Positions 1 to 14,176 of a stretch of DNA of 64,000 bases are shown piece by piece. The DNA lies in the NCBI RefSeq assembly GCF_009914755.1, contig NC_060947.1; one strand, 5' to 3'. Within the stretch, counting starts at the first letter, position 1, and each line of letters begins with the position of its first letter. This DNA is from the human T2T-CHM13v2.0 reference genome, Homo sapiens. A program made the position numbers and the translations under genes. The notes beneath the pieces are model-generated. The model ran no database searches. It was not told where the DNA came from and saw only the letters and a program-made list of their open reading frames with translations.

Positions 1-1726
1 TGATGAACTGAGAGAAGTAGGCTTCAGAAGGTGGGTAACAACAAATTCCTCCAAGCTAAAGGAGCATGTTCTAACCTAATACAAGAGAGCTAAAAACCTT
101 GGGAAAAGGTTAGACGAATTGCTAACTAGAATAACCAGTTTAGAGAAGAACATGAATGACCTGATGGAGATGAAAAACACAGCACGAGAACTTCGTGAAA
201 CATACACAGGTATCAATAGCTGAATTGATCAGCAGAATAAAGTATATCAGAGACTGAAGATCAACTCAATGAAATAAAGCATGAAGACAAGATTAGAGAA
301 AAAAGAATGAAAAGGAATGAATAAAGCCTCCAAGAAATATGGGGCTATGTGAAAAGACCAAACTTATATTTGATTGGTGTACCTGAAAGTGATGGGGAAA
401 ATGGAGCCAAATTGGTAAACACTCTTCAAGATATTATCTAGGAGAACTTCCCCAACCTAGCAAGACAGGCCAACATTCAACTTCCAGAAAAAAAGAGAAC
501 ACCACCAAGATATTCCTTAAGAAGAGTAACCAGAAGACACATAATCATCAGATTAACCAAGGTTGAAACAAAGGAAAAAATGTTAAGGGCAGCCAGAGAG
601 AAAGGTCAGGTTACCCACAAAGGGAAGCCCATCAGACTAACAGCAGATCTCTCTGCAGGAACCCTAGAAGCCAGAAGATTGTAGGGTTATTGGGGGCCAA
701 TATCCAACATTCTTAAAGAAAAGAATTTTCAGCCCAGAATTTCATATCCAGCCAAACTAAGCTTCATAAGCAAAAGGGAAGTAAAATCCTTTACAGACAA
801 GCAGTGCTGAGAGATTTTGTCACTACTAGGCCTGCCTTACAAGAGATCCTGAAGGAAGCACTAAACATGGAAAGGAAAAACTGTACTAATCACTGCAAAA
901 ACATACCAAATTGTAAAGACCATCAACACTATGAAGAAACTGCATCAACTAATGGGCAAAATCACCAGCTAGCATCATAATGACAGGATCAAATTCACAC
1001 ATAACAATATTAACCTTAAATGTAAACGGGTTAAATGCCCCAATTAAAAGAAACAGAATGGCAAATTGGATAAAAAGTTAAGCTTATTGATGTGCGATAT
1101 TCAGGAGACCCATCTTATGTGCAAAGACACACATAGGCTCAAAATAAAGAGATGGAGGAATATTTACCAAGCAAATTGAAAGCAAAAAAAAGCAGGGGTT
1201 GCAATCCTAGTCTCTGATAAAACAAATTTTAAAACAACAATTATCAAAAAGACAAAGAAGGGTGTTACATAATGGTAAAGTGATCAATAAAACTAGAAGA
1301 GCTAACTATCCTAAATATATATGCACCCAATACAGAAGCACCGAGTTTCATAAAGCAAGTTCTTAGAGACGTAAAAAGAGACTTAGACTCCCACACAATA
1401 ATAGTGGGAGACTTTAACACCCCACTGTCAATATTAGACAGAGCAAAGAGCCAGATAATTAACAAGAATATTCAGGACTTGAACTCAGCTCTAGACCAAG
1501 TGGAACTAATAGACATCTATAGAATTCTCCACCCCAATTCAACAGAATATACATTCTTCTCACCAACACAACACAACACACTTATTCTAAAATTGACCAC
1601 ATAATTGGAAGTAAAACACTCCTGAGCAAATGCAAAAGAATGGAAATCATAACAAACAGTCCCTCAGACTGCAGTGCAATCAAATCAGAACTCAGGATTT
1701 AAAAACTCACTCAAAACTGCAAAACT

Positions 1727-2549
1727 GCCCCCGCCCAGCCAGCCGCCCCGTCCGGGAGGGAGGCAGGGGGTCAGCCCCCGCCCGGCCAGCCGCCCCGTCC
1801 GGGAGGGAGGCGGGGGGTCAGCCCCCGCCCGGCCAGCCGCCCCATCCGGGAGGTGGGGGGCGCCTCCGCCCAGCTGCCGCCCCATCCGGGAGGTGGGGGG
1901 CACCTCTGCCCGGCCGCCCCTTCTGGGAAGTGAGGAGCCCCTCTGCCCGGCCGCCACCCCGTCTGGGAGGTGTACCCAACAGCTCATTGAGAACGGGCCA
2001 TGATGACGATGGCGGTTTTGTTGAATAGAAAAGGGGGAAATGTGGGGAAAAGATAGAGAAATCAGATTGTTGCTGTGTCTGTGTAGAAAGAAGTAGACAT
2101 AGGAGACTCCATTTTGTTCTGTACTAAGAAAAATTCTTCTGCCTTGGGATGCTGTTGATCTATGACCTTACCCCCAACCCGGTGCTCTCTGAAACATGTG
2201 CTGTGTCCACTCAGGGTTAAATGGATTAAGGGCGGTGCAAGATGTGCTTTGTTAAACAGATGCTTGAAGGCAGCATGCTCGTTAAGAGTCATCACCACTC
2301 CCTAATCTCAAGTACCCAAGGACACAAACACTGCGGAAGGCCCCAGGGTCCTCTGCCTAGGAAAACCAGAGACCTTTGTTCACTTGTTTATCTGCTGACC
2401 TTCCCTCCACTATTGTCCTATGACCCTGCCAAATCCCCCTCTGCGAGAAACACCCAAGAATGATCAATAAAAAAAAAAAAGAAAAATAATGCAATATTTG
2501 GGATATATTTATAATAAAAAAATTCATTGTCTGAAATTCAAAAAAAAAA
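1727..2549 (+). mobile_element. 5'-truncated SVA (C/D-like SINE-R) with 3' transduction
   Basis: Starts in the GC-rich VNTR (gccagccgccccgtccgggagg units). SINE-R ~1975-2470, AATAAA 2466-2471, A-tail, 53 extra bp, second A-tail. Perfect 14-bp TSD AAAACTGCAAAACT at 1713-1726 and 2550-2563. Confidence 0.97.
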
Positions 2550-3009
2550 AAAACTGCAAAACTACATGGAAAATGAACAATCTGCTCCTGAATGACTACT
2601 GGGTAAATAACGAAATTAAGGCAGAAATAAATAAGTACTTTGAAACCAATGAGAACAAAGACAATGTACCAGATTCTCTAGGACAAAGCTAAAGCAATGT
2701 TCAGAGGGAAATTTATAGCACTAAATGCCCACATCAGACAGTGGGAAAGATCTAAAATCAAACACTAACAACACAATGAAAACAACTAGAAAAGCAAGAG
2801 CAAACAAATTCAAAAGCTAGCATAAGACAAGAGATAACTAAAGTCAGAGCAGAACTGAAAGAGATAGAGACACAAAAAAACCCTGCAAAAAATCAATGAA
2901 TGAAGAAGCTCGTTTTTTGAAAAATTAACAAAATAGATAGACTGCTAGCGAGACTAATAAAGAAGAAAAAAGAGAAGAATGAAATAGACATGATAAAAAT
3001 GACAAAGGG

Positions 3010-3346
<337 letters not shown>

Positions 3347-6147
3347 CTAACACCAGATAATACTATAAACACCTCTATGCAAATAAACTAGAAAATCTAG
3401 AAGAAATGAATAAATTCCTGGACACATACACACTTCCAAGACTAAACCAGGAAGAAGTTGAATCCCTGAATAGACCAATAGCAAGTTCTGAAATTGAGGC
3501 AGTAATTAATAGCCTACCAACCAAAAAAGCCCAGGATGGATTCACAGCCTAATTCTACCAGAAGTACAAAGAGGAGCTGGTACCATTCTTTCTGAACCTA
3601 TTCCAAACAGTAGAAATAGAGGGACTCCTCCATAACTCATTTTAAGAGGCCAACATCATCCTGATACCAAAACCTGGCACAGACATAAGAATAAAAGAAA
3701 ATGTCGGGCCAATATCCCTGATGAACATCAATGCAGAAAACCTCAATAAAATACTGAAAAACCGAATCCAGAAGCACATCAAAAAGCTTATCCACCACAA
3801 TCAAGTTAACTTCATCCCTGGGATGCAAGGACGGTTCAACATACGCAAATCAATAAACGTAATCCATCACATAAACAGAACCAATGACAACAACCAGATA
3901 ATTAACTCAATAGATGCAGAAAAGGCCTTTGATAAAATTCAACATGGCTTCATGCTAAAAACTCCCAATAGTGTAGGTATTGATGGAACATATCTCAGAA
4001 TAATAAGATCTATTTATGACAAACCCACATCCAATATTGTACTATATGGGCAAAAGCTGGAAGTATTCTCTTTGAAACCTGGCATAAGACATGAATATCC
4101 TCTCTCACCACTCCTATTCAACATAGTATTGGAAGTTCTGGCCAGGGCAATCAGGCAAGAGAAAGAAATAAAGTGTGTTAAATAGGAAGAGAGGAAGTCA
4201 AATTGTCTCTGTTTACAGATGACATGATTGTATATTTAGAAAACCCCATCATCTCAGCCCCAAATCTCCTTAAGCTGATAAGCAACTTCAGCAAAGACTC
4301 TGGATACAAAATTAGTGTGCAAAAATCACAAGCATTCCTATACAACAATAATAGACACACAGAGAGCCAAATCATGAGTGAACTCCCATTCACAATTGCT
4401 ACAAAGAGATTAAAATACCTAGGAATAAAACTTCAAAGGGATGTGAAGGACCTCTTCAAAAAGAACTACAAACCACTTCTCAGGGAAATAAGAGAGGATA
4501 CAAACAAATGGAAAAACATTCTATGCTCATGGATAGGAAGAATAAATATCATGAAAATGGCCATACTGCCCGAAGTTATTTATAGATTCAATGCTACCCC
4601 CATCAAGCTACCATTGACTTTCTTCAAAGAATTGGAAAAAACTACTTTAAATTTCATATGGAACCAAAAAGAGCCCTCATACCCAAGACAATTATAAGCA
4701 AAAAGAACAAAGCTGGAGGCATCACGCTACCTGACTTCAAACTATACTACAAGGCTACAGTAACCAAAGCAGCATGATACTGGTACCAAAACAGAGATAT
4801 AGACCAATAGAACAGAACAGAGGCCTCAGAAATAATGCCACACATCTAGAACCATCTGATTTTTGAAAAACCTGACGCAAGCAAGCAATGGGAAAAGGAT
4901 TCGAAATCTGGCTAGCCATATGCAGAAAACTGAAATTGGACCCCTTCCTTACACCTTATACAAAAATTAACTCAAGATGGATTAAAGACTTAAGCATTAG
5001 ACCTAAAACCATAAAAACCCTAGAAGAAAACCTAGGCAATGCCATTCAGGACATAGGCACGGGCAAAGACTTCATGACTAAAACACCAAAAGCAATGGCA
5101 ACAAAAGCCAAATTTGACAAATGTTATCTAATTACACTAAAGAGCTTCTGCACAGCAAAGGGAACTATCATCAGAGTGAACAGGCAACCTACAGAATGGG
5201 AGAGTATTTTTGCAATCTGTCCATCTGACAAAGGGCTAATATACAGAATCTACAAGGAACGTAAACACATTTAGAAAAAAAAAAAGCAACCCTATTAAAA
5301 AGTGGGTGAAGGAGATGAACAGAAACTTCTCAAGGGAAGACATTTATGCAGCCAACAAACATATGAAAAAAAGGCTCATCATCACTGGTCTTCAGAGAAA
5401 TGCAAATCAAAACCACAATGAGATACCATCTCACGCCAGTTAGAATGGTGATCATTAAAAAGTCAGGAAACAACAGATGCTGGAGAGGATGTGGAGAAAT
5501 AGGAATGCTTTTACAGTGTTGAGGTGAGTGTAAATTAGTTCAACCATTGTGGAAGACAGTGTGGCGATTCCTCAAGGATCTAGAAGCAGAAATACTGTTT
5601 CACCCAGCAATTCCATTACTGGGTATATACCCAAAGCATTATAAATCATTCTACTATAAAGACGCATGCACACGTATATTTATTGCAGCACTATTTACAA
5701 TAGCATAGACTTGGAACCAACCCAAATTCCCATCAATGAAAGACTGGATTAAGAAAATGTGGCACATATACACCATGGAATACTATGCAGCAATAAAAAA
5801 GGATGAGTTCATGTCCTTTGTAGGGACATGGATGAAGCTGGAAACCATCATTCTCAGCAAACTATTGCAAGGACAAAAAACCAAGCACTGCATGTTCTCA
5901 CTCACAGGTGGGAACTGAACAATGAGACCACTTGGAGACAGGAAGGGGAACATCACACATCAGGGTCTGTCATGGGGTGGTGGGAGGGGGGAGGGATAGC
6001 ATTAGGAGATATACCTAATGTAAATGACAAGTTAATGGGTGCAGCACACCAACATGGCACATGTATACATATGCAATAAACCTGCATGTTGTGCACATGT
6101 ACCCTAGAACTTAAAGTATAATAACAATAAAAAAGAATTTTTCAACT

Positions 6148-6219
6148 TCATTATAATCTTATGGGGCGACCTTTGCATGTGCAGTTGACCAAAACATCAT
6201 TATGCAGCATATAACTGTA
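6148..6219. mobile_element. Tigger3/MER47-type DNA transposon terminal fragment
   Basis: cattataatcttatgggg...gaccaaaacatcattatgcagcatataactgTA resembles the remembered Tigger3/MER47 end; followed by TA. Confidence 0.6.
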
Positions 6220-6437
6220 TTTTAAACTGCTTTTCAATTTTAAACAGTAAAAGTAGACACTTTGTGAAAAATTAGTACCTACTAGCTTTGTCTCCTCTCT
6301 CCTTAACAATTTTCCAGTTACATGATATTTATTTTATCCAGATTTGAAATATTTGCCTTTTATTCTGTAATCATAATTTCCATAGTTGTTTAGTATTAGT
6401 AAAGTTACATATTTAAACCAGCTATACTTTACTAAAA

Positions 6438-6547
6438 TGTAAGTTTCATGCAGGCATGCTGAGTTATTTGCTTTGTTCACTGATGTATCTGAAGTGTCTC
6501 GAAGAATGTCTGGCACATAGTAGGCACTAATAAATACTTGTTGTTCA
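6438..6547 (+). mobile_element. L2 3' end fragment
   Basis: tctggcacatagtaggcactaataaatacttgttg is the typical L2 terminal motif. Confidence 0.75.
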
Positions 6548-6559
6548 AAAAAAAAAAAA

Positions 6560-8905
6560 GACAACTATTTTAAAGTCTTTGTCTGATATACCTGCCACCA
6601 GATCTTTCTGAGGGATAGTTTCTGTTTATTTATTCGTTTCCTTTAAAAAGGGCCATTCTTTGTATGCCTTGTGATTTATCATTGAAAAGTGGACATTTGA
6701 ATCTAGTAATGTTGGTAACTCTGAAAAGCAGATTGTCTCCCTTACCTAGGGTTTTCTAGTTTTTGTTACTGTTTTTATTTATTGCTTTGAAGTTTTTATT
6801 GTTGTAGACTGTCTCTATGCCAAGTATCAGCCTGAAGTGCAAATCTAAAGTCTTCATGGGTAATTTCTGAGCCTTGCCCTGGGCAGGCACAGTCATTTTT
6901 TAATTTTCCTCACATATACAGTTGTTTTTGAATGTCCCAGTCTTTAATATCTGGCTCTGAAGAGGGGAAAAAGAGAAAAGTAACAGGGGAAAATAAAAAG
7001 GGTGCCAGCCCTTCAAACTTCTTGGAAGTCACTGCAGCCAGAGGAGAAGGGACTTGTAACAACTGGGGAGGTGCAACAATAATGCCTTCTGGCTTCTTTG
7101 TACCTCTGTGATCAGAAGAATCAATCACTCTTCAATAAATGGTGCTGGGAAAATGGGATATCCATATGCAGATGAATGAAACTAGACCCCTATCTCTCAC
7201 CATATACAAGAATCAAAATCAAATTAAATGGGATTAAATATTCAAATATAAGACCTGAAACTATGAAAGTATTAGAAGAAAACACTGGATAAACACTCCA
7301 GAATATTGGTTTGGGCAAGCTTTTCTTGAGTAAGGCCCCAAAAGCTCAGGTGACCAAAACAAAAATGGACAAACTGGATCACATCAAGCTAAAAAGCTTC
7401 TGCACAGCAATGGAAACAATCAACAAAGTGAAGAGACAACACATAGAATGGGATAAAATATTTGCAAAGTACCTATCTGATAAGGGATTAATAACCAGAA
7501 TACGTAAGGAGTTCAAAAAACTTAATAGGAAAACAACAACAACAAATAATCTGATTAAAAAATAGGCAAAATAAGTGAAAAGAAAATTTTCAGAAGACAC
7601 GAACAGCCAACAGATACAAAAAAAAAGTTCAACATCACTATTTATCAGAGAAATGGAAATCAAAACTACGATGAGATTTTGTCTCACCCCAGTTAATATG
7701 GCTTTTGTCTAAAAGATAGGCAATAATGGATGCTGGTGAGGATGTGAAGAAAGGAGAACCCCTGTACACAGTTGGTAGAAATGTAAATTAGTACAGCCAC
7801 TATGGAGAACAATATGCAAGTTCCTCAAACAACTAAAAATAGAACTACCATATGATCGGGCAATCCCAATGCTGAGTATACATCCAATACAAAGGAAATC
7901 CATATATCAAAGAGATAACTGCCCTCCCATGTTTACTGGAGCACTATTCACAATAGCCAAGCTAAGGAATCAAACTAAGTGTCTATCAACAGATGAATGT
8001 ATAAAGAAAATGTAGTACATACACACAATGAAATATTATTCAACCATAAAAAAGAATGAAGTCATGTTATTTGCAACAACCTGGATGGAACTGGTGGCCA
8101 TTATGTTAAGTGAGGTAAGTCAGGCATAGAATGATAAATATCACATTTTCTCACTAATATGTGGGAGGTAAAAGAATTGAACTCATGGAGATAGAGTAGA
8201 ATGATGGTTACCAGAGGCTTGGAAGGGTAGTGTGGAGGTTGGGATAAAGATGGGATTGTTAATGAGTACAAAAATACAGTTAAACAGAAGGAATAAGATC
8301 TAGTGTTTGGTAGCACAATAGGGTGACTATTGTTAACAATAATTTATTCTATATCTCAATATAACTAAAAGAGTAGAATTAAAATGTTCCTAAAACAGAG
8401 AGGTGATAAATGTTTGAGGTGATGGACACCACAATTGCCCTGACTTGACCATTACACATTTTACGATAGTATTAAAACATCATATGTACTCCATAAATAT
8501 GTACAACTATTATGTATCCATAATAATTTACAATATTTTATTTTTTTATAAAGTAATTAGCAATACAAGCAAAGTTCTCCAATATTTGGAAGACAAGGTC
8601 CTTTTTGTGCCCTGCAGACTCCCACAAGCTCTTTGCAAGCTACTTCAGGAACACAGGGCACAGCTGCCTGCCACACGGATGAGTGCAGGGAGAATGGGTA
8701 GCTGCTACTGTGCTAAGACCTGAAATTGACCCAAATTAACTACACCTTACTGTCCAAGCCTTCTCTCAGAAGTTGCAAGCCTTCAATAGACTCCAGAGTT
8801 TGAAAATAGTTACTATCAGGCAGACTCTGCCAGTGCAACTGCTGTCTAGGTGGGGAGACAGATTCGTGATGCTTTCCACTCCACCATTGCCCCAGAATCC
8901 TCTAT
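6560..8905 (-). mobile_element. Ancient L1M-type 5' region fragments (6560-7125 and ~8545-8905), split by an L1MA insertion
   Basis: Degenerate similarity to old L1M 5' regions; the sequence reads as continuous across the inserted L1MA. Subfamily uncertain. Confidence 0.45.
7126..8535 (+). mobile_element. 5'-truncated L1MA-type LINE-1 (end of ORF2 plus 3'UTR)
   Basis: ctcttcaataaatggtgctgggaaa start; ORF2 C-terminal remnant (IKLKSFCTA); L1MA-type 3'UTR (aataagatctagtgtttggtagcacaatagggtgact). Confidence 0.88.
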
Positions 8906-8909
8906 CCTG

Positions 8910-9355
8910 TGCCAACTATCTTTTCAAGGATATTTGTATAGCAAACAATCTTGGAAAACAGAGATAGTGTCTTCATTCAGAGCATAGAAGGTTTGCTTAT
9001 TCTTCAGTATAATAAAGGTAATGTTTCCCTGCAAAGCAAAAGTCAGGCAGGTTTGTTTGCTGTGTATTATGAAAGATTCAGGTTCCCTAAGTTCAGGGTT
9101 CTTCAGCATGGCACAAATCCACTGCATGTGCATCCATACACCTGGGCCCTTTTGAATTACTCCTGTGAGACTTGGGGGGCAAGGGTAACCAACATAAATG
9201 TGATGTTTATGGTACTTGCTGTGCTGTAAGTAATAAAGTCCTTTGTCTTTGACCCAGGAGTGTCATATCTTCAGTCAGCACCAATGAAACTGTGTCAGCC
9301 TAACTTGTTGTCTTGCACATAGGGTAAAATCTCATACTCTCCAGAGTTCCTGACA
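8910..9355 (+). mobile_element. Solo LTR, MER21/MER77/MER68-like
   Basis: TG...CA-bounded segment with aataaagtcctttgtctttgacccaggag and a cctgaca end; family assignment from memory. Confidence 0.5.
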
Positions 9356-10589
9356 CTACATAACCTAGGTAGGAATGCCTGGAGCAGTCACATTTAATGC
9401 CAGAATTTGTGAAGACAAAGGAACATATTGAGAATTATTGAACTCACATTCTTGAATAAAGACAATGACTTTTTACTATCTATTAGCCTAAACTAATGTA
9501 TAAAACAACCATAAAAAGGATGCATCAACTTCCAAGTGCCCACCACTCACAAATTAGGATAAACCTTTAGTTTCTCTTTTGGTCTTTTTAAAATTTCTCT
9601 TCCCTCTGGTTCTGTTGGTCTCCACAATGGAATTGTCTATTTTCTTAATTGAAGACCCTTATTGTTTGTGTTTCTGCTCACATGTGTAATGGACATCTTA
9701 TTTTCAATCTGCACACTCAGATGTGCAAACATTGTAACTTTACTTACAATCAAACTTAGTACTACCTCAAGTCCGCTTCCTGTCCAGTGACAGAAAACTT
9801 AGCCTAGTAAAGTCCAGATATATTAAGTCACATTAGGGCTTTTCTCAGTTATACTCAAATAATTCAGGACTTTCAAATCTTTTTTTTTCTTTGGGATTGA
9901 CTTAAATTCCCATAAGGAATATTTCCAATCTTTTTTGGGATTCCACTCCTATTGAAGCTATCCCATAGTAGGGGAAGGGTGGGATTAGGGGATGAGATAC
10001 TTTGTAAAAGAGCCACAAATTAATTTTTATTCCTCCCCAAATCTCTCCTCTTACTGGAGCTCAGACGAGCTTTATCTTTTAGACTGAGTATGTCAGTAAG
10101 ATTTTTTCCAAAATATTTCTTAAGCCACATAAAATAATTAGGGAAAAGACCACATGTTCCTTTATTGACATATTTTAGAATATGCATTTCTTTAAATATA
10201 TTCAGTAAAACATAATTTAAAGCCAATATGATGAACTTTTTGTTGATAGGACATGGAGAGATTATTTAATATAAATACAGAATTTATTTTCATAGTTACT
10301 ATTTTCAAACTGTTATTTCAATTATTGAAAGTAGTATTTGATTATACCTGCATAAACTCAGAGAAATTTAAAAATTTAGATAACCTCTTTGGTGAATTAG
10401 TTTTTTCAGCTTAATGCTGAGGCTTTCAGAATAAATGAGATTTAAGTTGGATCTTGAGTTGGTAGCTGAGAAACAGAATAAACAGTCTTTTTCTTCTAAG
10501 GTTTAGATAAAAAATCAAACAAACAAACAAAAAAAAACTTCATCATGCCAAGCATAAGGCAAAGAGCTTTTCTACAAATGTTGATAGTT

Positions 10590-10755
10590 TTGTTCCTCAC
10601 TATAATTCTATGATAGGTATTATTATCCTTATATCACTTTTGAGGAAGCCGAGGCTCAAAAAGGTGAGTGACTTGTTTCAGGGTCGCTTAGCTAAGTGAC
10701 TGAGGCTAGATTTGAGTCTGTCTGACTCTAAAGCCCATATTCTTTCCACTGTGTT
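10590..10755 (-). mobile_element. MIR fragment
   Basis: attattatcc...gaggaagccgaggctcaaaaaggtgagtgacttg...tctgactctaaagccc core. Confidence 0.7.
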
Positions 10756-11115
10756 ACACCATGTTCCCCCTTTGCTCAATCCATTTTCCTGGCTCAATTC
10801 TTATGTGATTCTGGTCTGTGAGAGAATTAGCTGGATTTAGCGAGGCCCTGGGTGAGGGAGAGGTCTGGAACCCAATTTCAATATTTGTATAACGTATGGT
10901 GGCAGTGAAGTTCTTCTCCCAGGATGCAATTTACAGTCTTTTTTGACAATCAGATTATGGTAGTAAACCAAGAAAATTACAACCCCATAGATCTGGGACA
11001 CAAATTGAGATGGACATCAACAAATATTTTGTGGAAGTGAACGAGTTCCCTGGTGAGTCAATCTGCAGTGACTGGGGCCAATAATGGTCAGATGCAGGGG
11101 ATAAAGTATGCCATC

Positions 11116-11411
<296 letters not shown>

Positions 11412-11514
11412 AGGCATGCCATCTTTGAGTGGCCTACATTAATGTAGTTGTTTGGCAGACTCCAGTCTAGGTAGCTCTACAGCTATGAAAGCCATAAAGA
11501 AACCTAGTACATTA

Positions 11515-11712
<198 letters not shown>

Positions 11713-12711
11713 CTAGTACATTAATTGCAATCTTTAAGTCACATGCTTTAAAAAAATAACTCAAGTATTCATGCAAGGCACGTTTGGTTGCCAGTTACAG
11801 AAATTAGCTCAAGTAATTGAGGGTTATTGTAATGATACAGTAGAGACTCTTGTGTAACACACTTAGAAGAACCAAGTTATGTCTCAGAGAACTGGAAAAC
11901 CTTTCCCTCTCTTGCTCTCATTCACTCTCTCTTGTACTACATAATCTTACTTCTTCCTCTCTCAAAACATCTGCTCAACAATCATATTTTTAAATTTATC
12001 CTCTGTTCACTATCCGAGTGTGCTTAGCTAATCATAGTTGCCCAAAAATGTAAGTCCCAGTTCTCTACATGACTACATCAGGTAGGCATGGTTTCAGCAG
12101 CAATAAACAATTCCAACTACAGTGGCTTAAACAAGGGTTTTTCTCATTCAATAAGTATAGATGCAGGGGGTTATCAATGTTGATAGATTAGCTCAATGAT
12201 AGCAGGACTAACATTTCAGTGACCTTCTCCATGTGCTTGCAAGGTGTTTACTTCAATTCCGGCCATCATATCCATATTCGTGGCAGGAAAGATAAAGAAA
12301 GAGATAGAAATTCTAGCTGTTTTTGTCTCTTTTTATTGGGAAAGAAAAGCATTTTCAGAAATGCTCGACAAATTTTCCCTTACATTTCATTGGCCAGAAC
12401 TAGTCTTATGGCCACACCAAGCTGCATGCAAAGGGAGCAGGGGAAGTGAACTAGGCACATGGTGGACCTGAAAAAAATCTCAGGCGTGCTAGCAACGAAG
12501 AAAATGGAAATGGATACCGTGTTGGCAGTTATAAGTCTCTGATACAAGGACCTGCCAGCTCAAATCCCTGCAGCAAGTGATATAGTCTCTGTGTGGTCTA
12601 ATCCAAGTCAGTGTCTAACCTCCAACCCAGGGCAATCAGGAAACAGTGAGGAGGGTTGCCTTGTTGGGGCTTTGCCAGGGATAGCTATTCTAAGGAGTGT
12701 GGAAGTATTCA

Positions 12712-13286
12712 TGTAATAGGTAAATTTCTAAAGTGGCTCCAGTGATCCCTGCCTTCTAGTATCCATTTCTCTGTGTAATCCCCTCCTATTAGGGGCAGGC
12801 TAGACTTAGTGACTTGCTTCTGATGAACAGAATATAGCAAAACTCACGGGATGTCATTTCCTAGATTAGGTTACAAAAGTTTGCAACTTCCCTCTTGCTA
12901 GCAGACTCTCTTTATTGATTTTTTTTAGCTTGCAGGCCTTGATAAAACATGCTGCCATGTTGAAAAAGCTCTTGTGACAAGGAACTAATGGCAGTCTCTC
13001 TTCAATAACAAGCAAGGAACTGAGGCCCCTCAGTCCAACAATCCACAAATAACTGAATCCTGCCAACGACCATCTGAACTTGAAAGTAGATTATACCAAA
13101 GGTGAGTCTCGAGCTGACTAGAGTCCAGCCAACACCTTGATAGTTACCTGTGAAAGACCCTGAAGCAGAGGACTCAATCAAGGTATGCTTGGATTCTTGA
13201 CCCACAGAAACAGTGAGATAATAAATGTCAGCTGTTTTAAGCTGCTAGATTTTAGGGGTAATTTGTTATGCAGCAAAACAATTACA
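12712..13286 (+). mobile_element. MaLR LTR (MLT1F/G/H-like)
   Basis: tgtaatagg start; gtgagataataaatg...ttttaagctgcta...ggtaatttgttatgcagcaa MLT1-type 3' end. Older MLT1 fragments probably flank it (~12080-12530). Confidence 0.75.
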
Positions 13287-13809
13287 GAAAAGAAATGATG
13301 GACAACTCCAGAACATCCATTTAAACATTCTGCCATGGGCTAACAACTCATGATTCAGATATTTTCTCTTCTGCTCTCTCTTCTCACAGCTGTCTGCTTG
13401 TGTAGAAAAAAAAAGCTTTATAATAATCAGGTTAGAGCAGTCTTAAATTGGAACTAAATATTTCATAGGTGAATGAGTTCCCCATCTTTGAAGGAATTCA
13501 AGCAGAATCTGACTATCTGTTAGAGATTTTTGTAGAAAGGATTCAGGCCTCATGAGTGGATGGACTAGATGGGTGCTTTCTAATTCCTTTTACATGACAG
13601 AAAATAATACTTGTATGTATAGCACACCGGAGGTAAACAACAGGGCTGCTTGTGGCTTGAGTGACTAGTTTCCCTAGGTCCTACACAACCATTTTGAGGG
13701 CAAAAGGGATTCCTCTGCACACTTATAATTCACACTAGTGTGCCTTGGTACACTGATTTGGAAACCCAAGATGAGATGACTTAAGGCTTTTATATACTTA
13801 GATTCCCTG

Positions 13810-14176
13810 GAGCTATGGTTCCCATGGTGTCATTCCAAGAACAGCACAGTCAGCATAACCTGGGCACTTTTAGAATGCAAACTCTCAGCCTTTCCCTAAA
13901 ACTACTAAGTCAAAAACTGTGAGAGCAATTCATGGGAGGAACTGTGGAAGCTCAGCAATTCATATTTCACCAAGCTCTACAGAAAAAACTGGGTTTAAGT
14001 CTTCATATTTGCACTTTTTGGCTGTAATCTGTGGGAAAGTCACTTTGCCTCTCTGGAACTCAGTTATATAATCCATAAAATTGGGTGAATAAACTATCTC
14101 CAAAGATTAAATGATATATTTATAAAGTGTGTAGTGTAGTGCTCAACACATAATAGTTATTCAGTAAATGTTAGTT
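13810..14176. mobile_element. MER5-like fragment (~13810-13985) followed by MIR (~13990-14176)
   Basis: cagcataacctgggcac..tagaatgcaaactctcag (MER5-like); aagtcactttgcctctctgg..ctcagtt and tcagtaaatgttag (MIR). Confidence 0.6.

Noticed and set aside
1727-1975. Tandem GC-rich repeats that could be taken for a CRISPR-like array
   Set aside because: SVA VNTR units with no unique spacers; eukaryotic DNA.
1630-2463. Pro/Gly/Arg-rich ORFs of 73-132 aa
   Set aside because: Stop-poor translations of the SVA VNTR and SINE-R, not genes.
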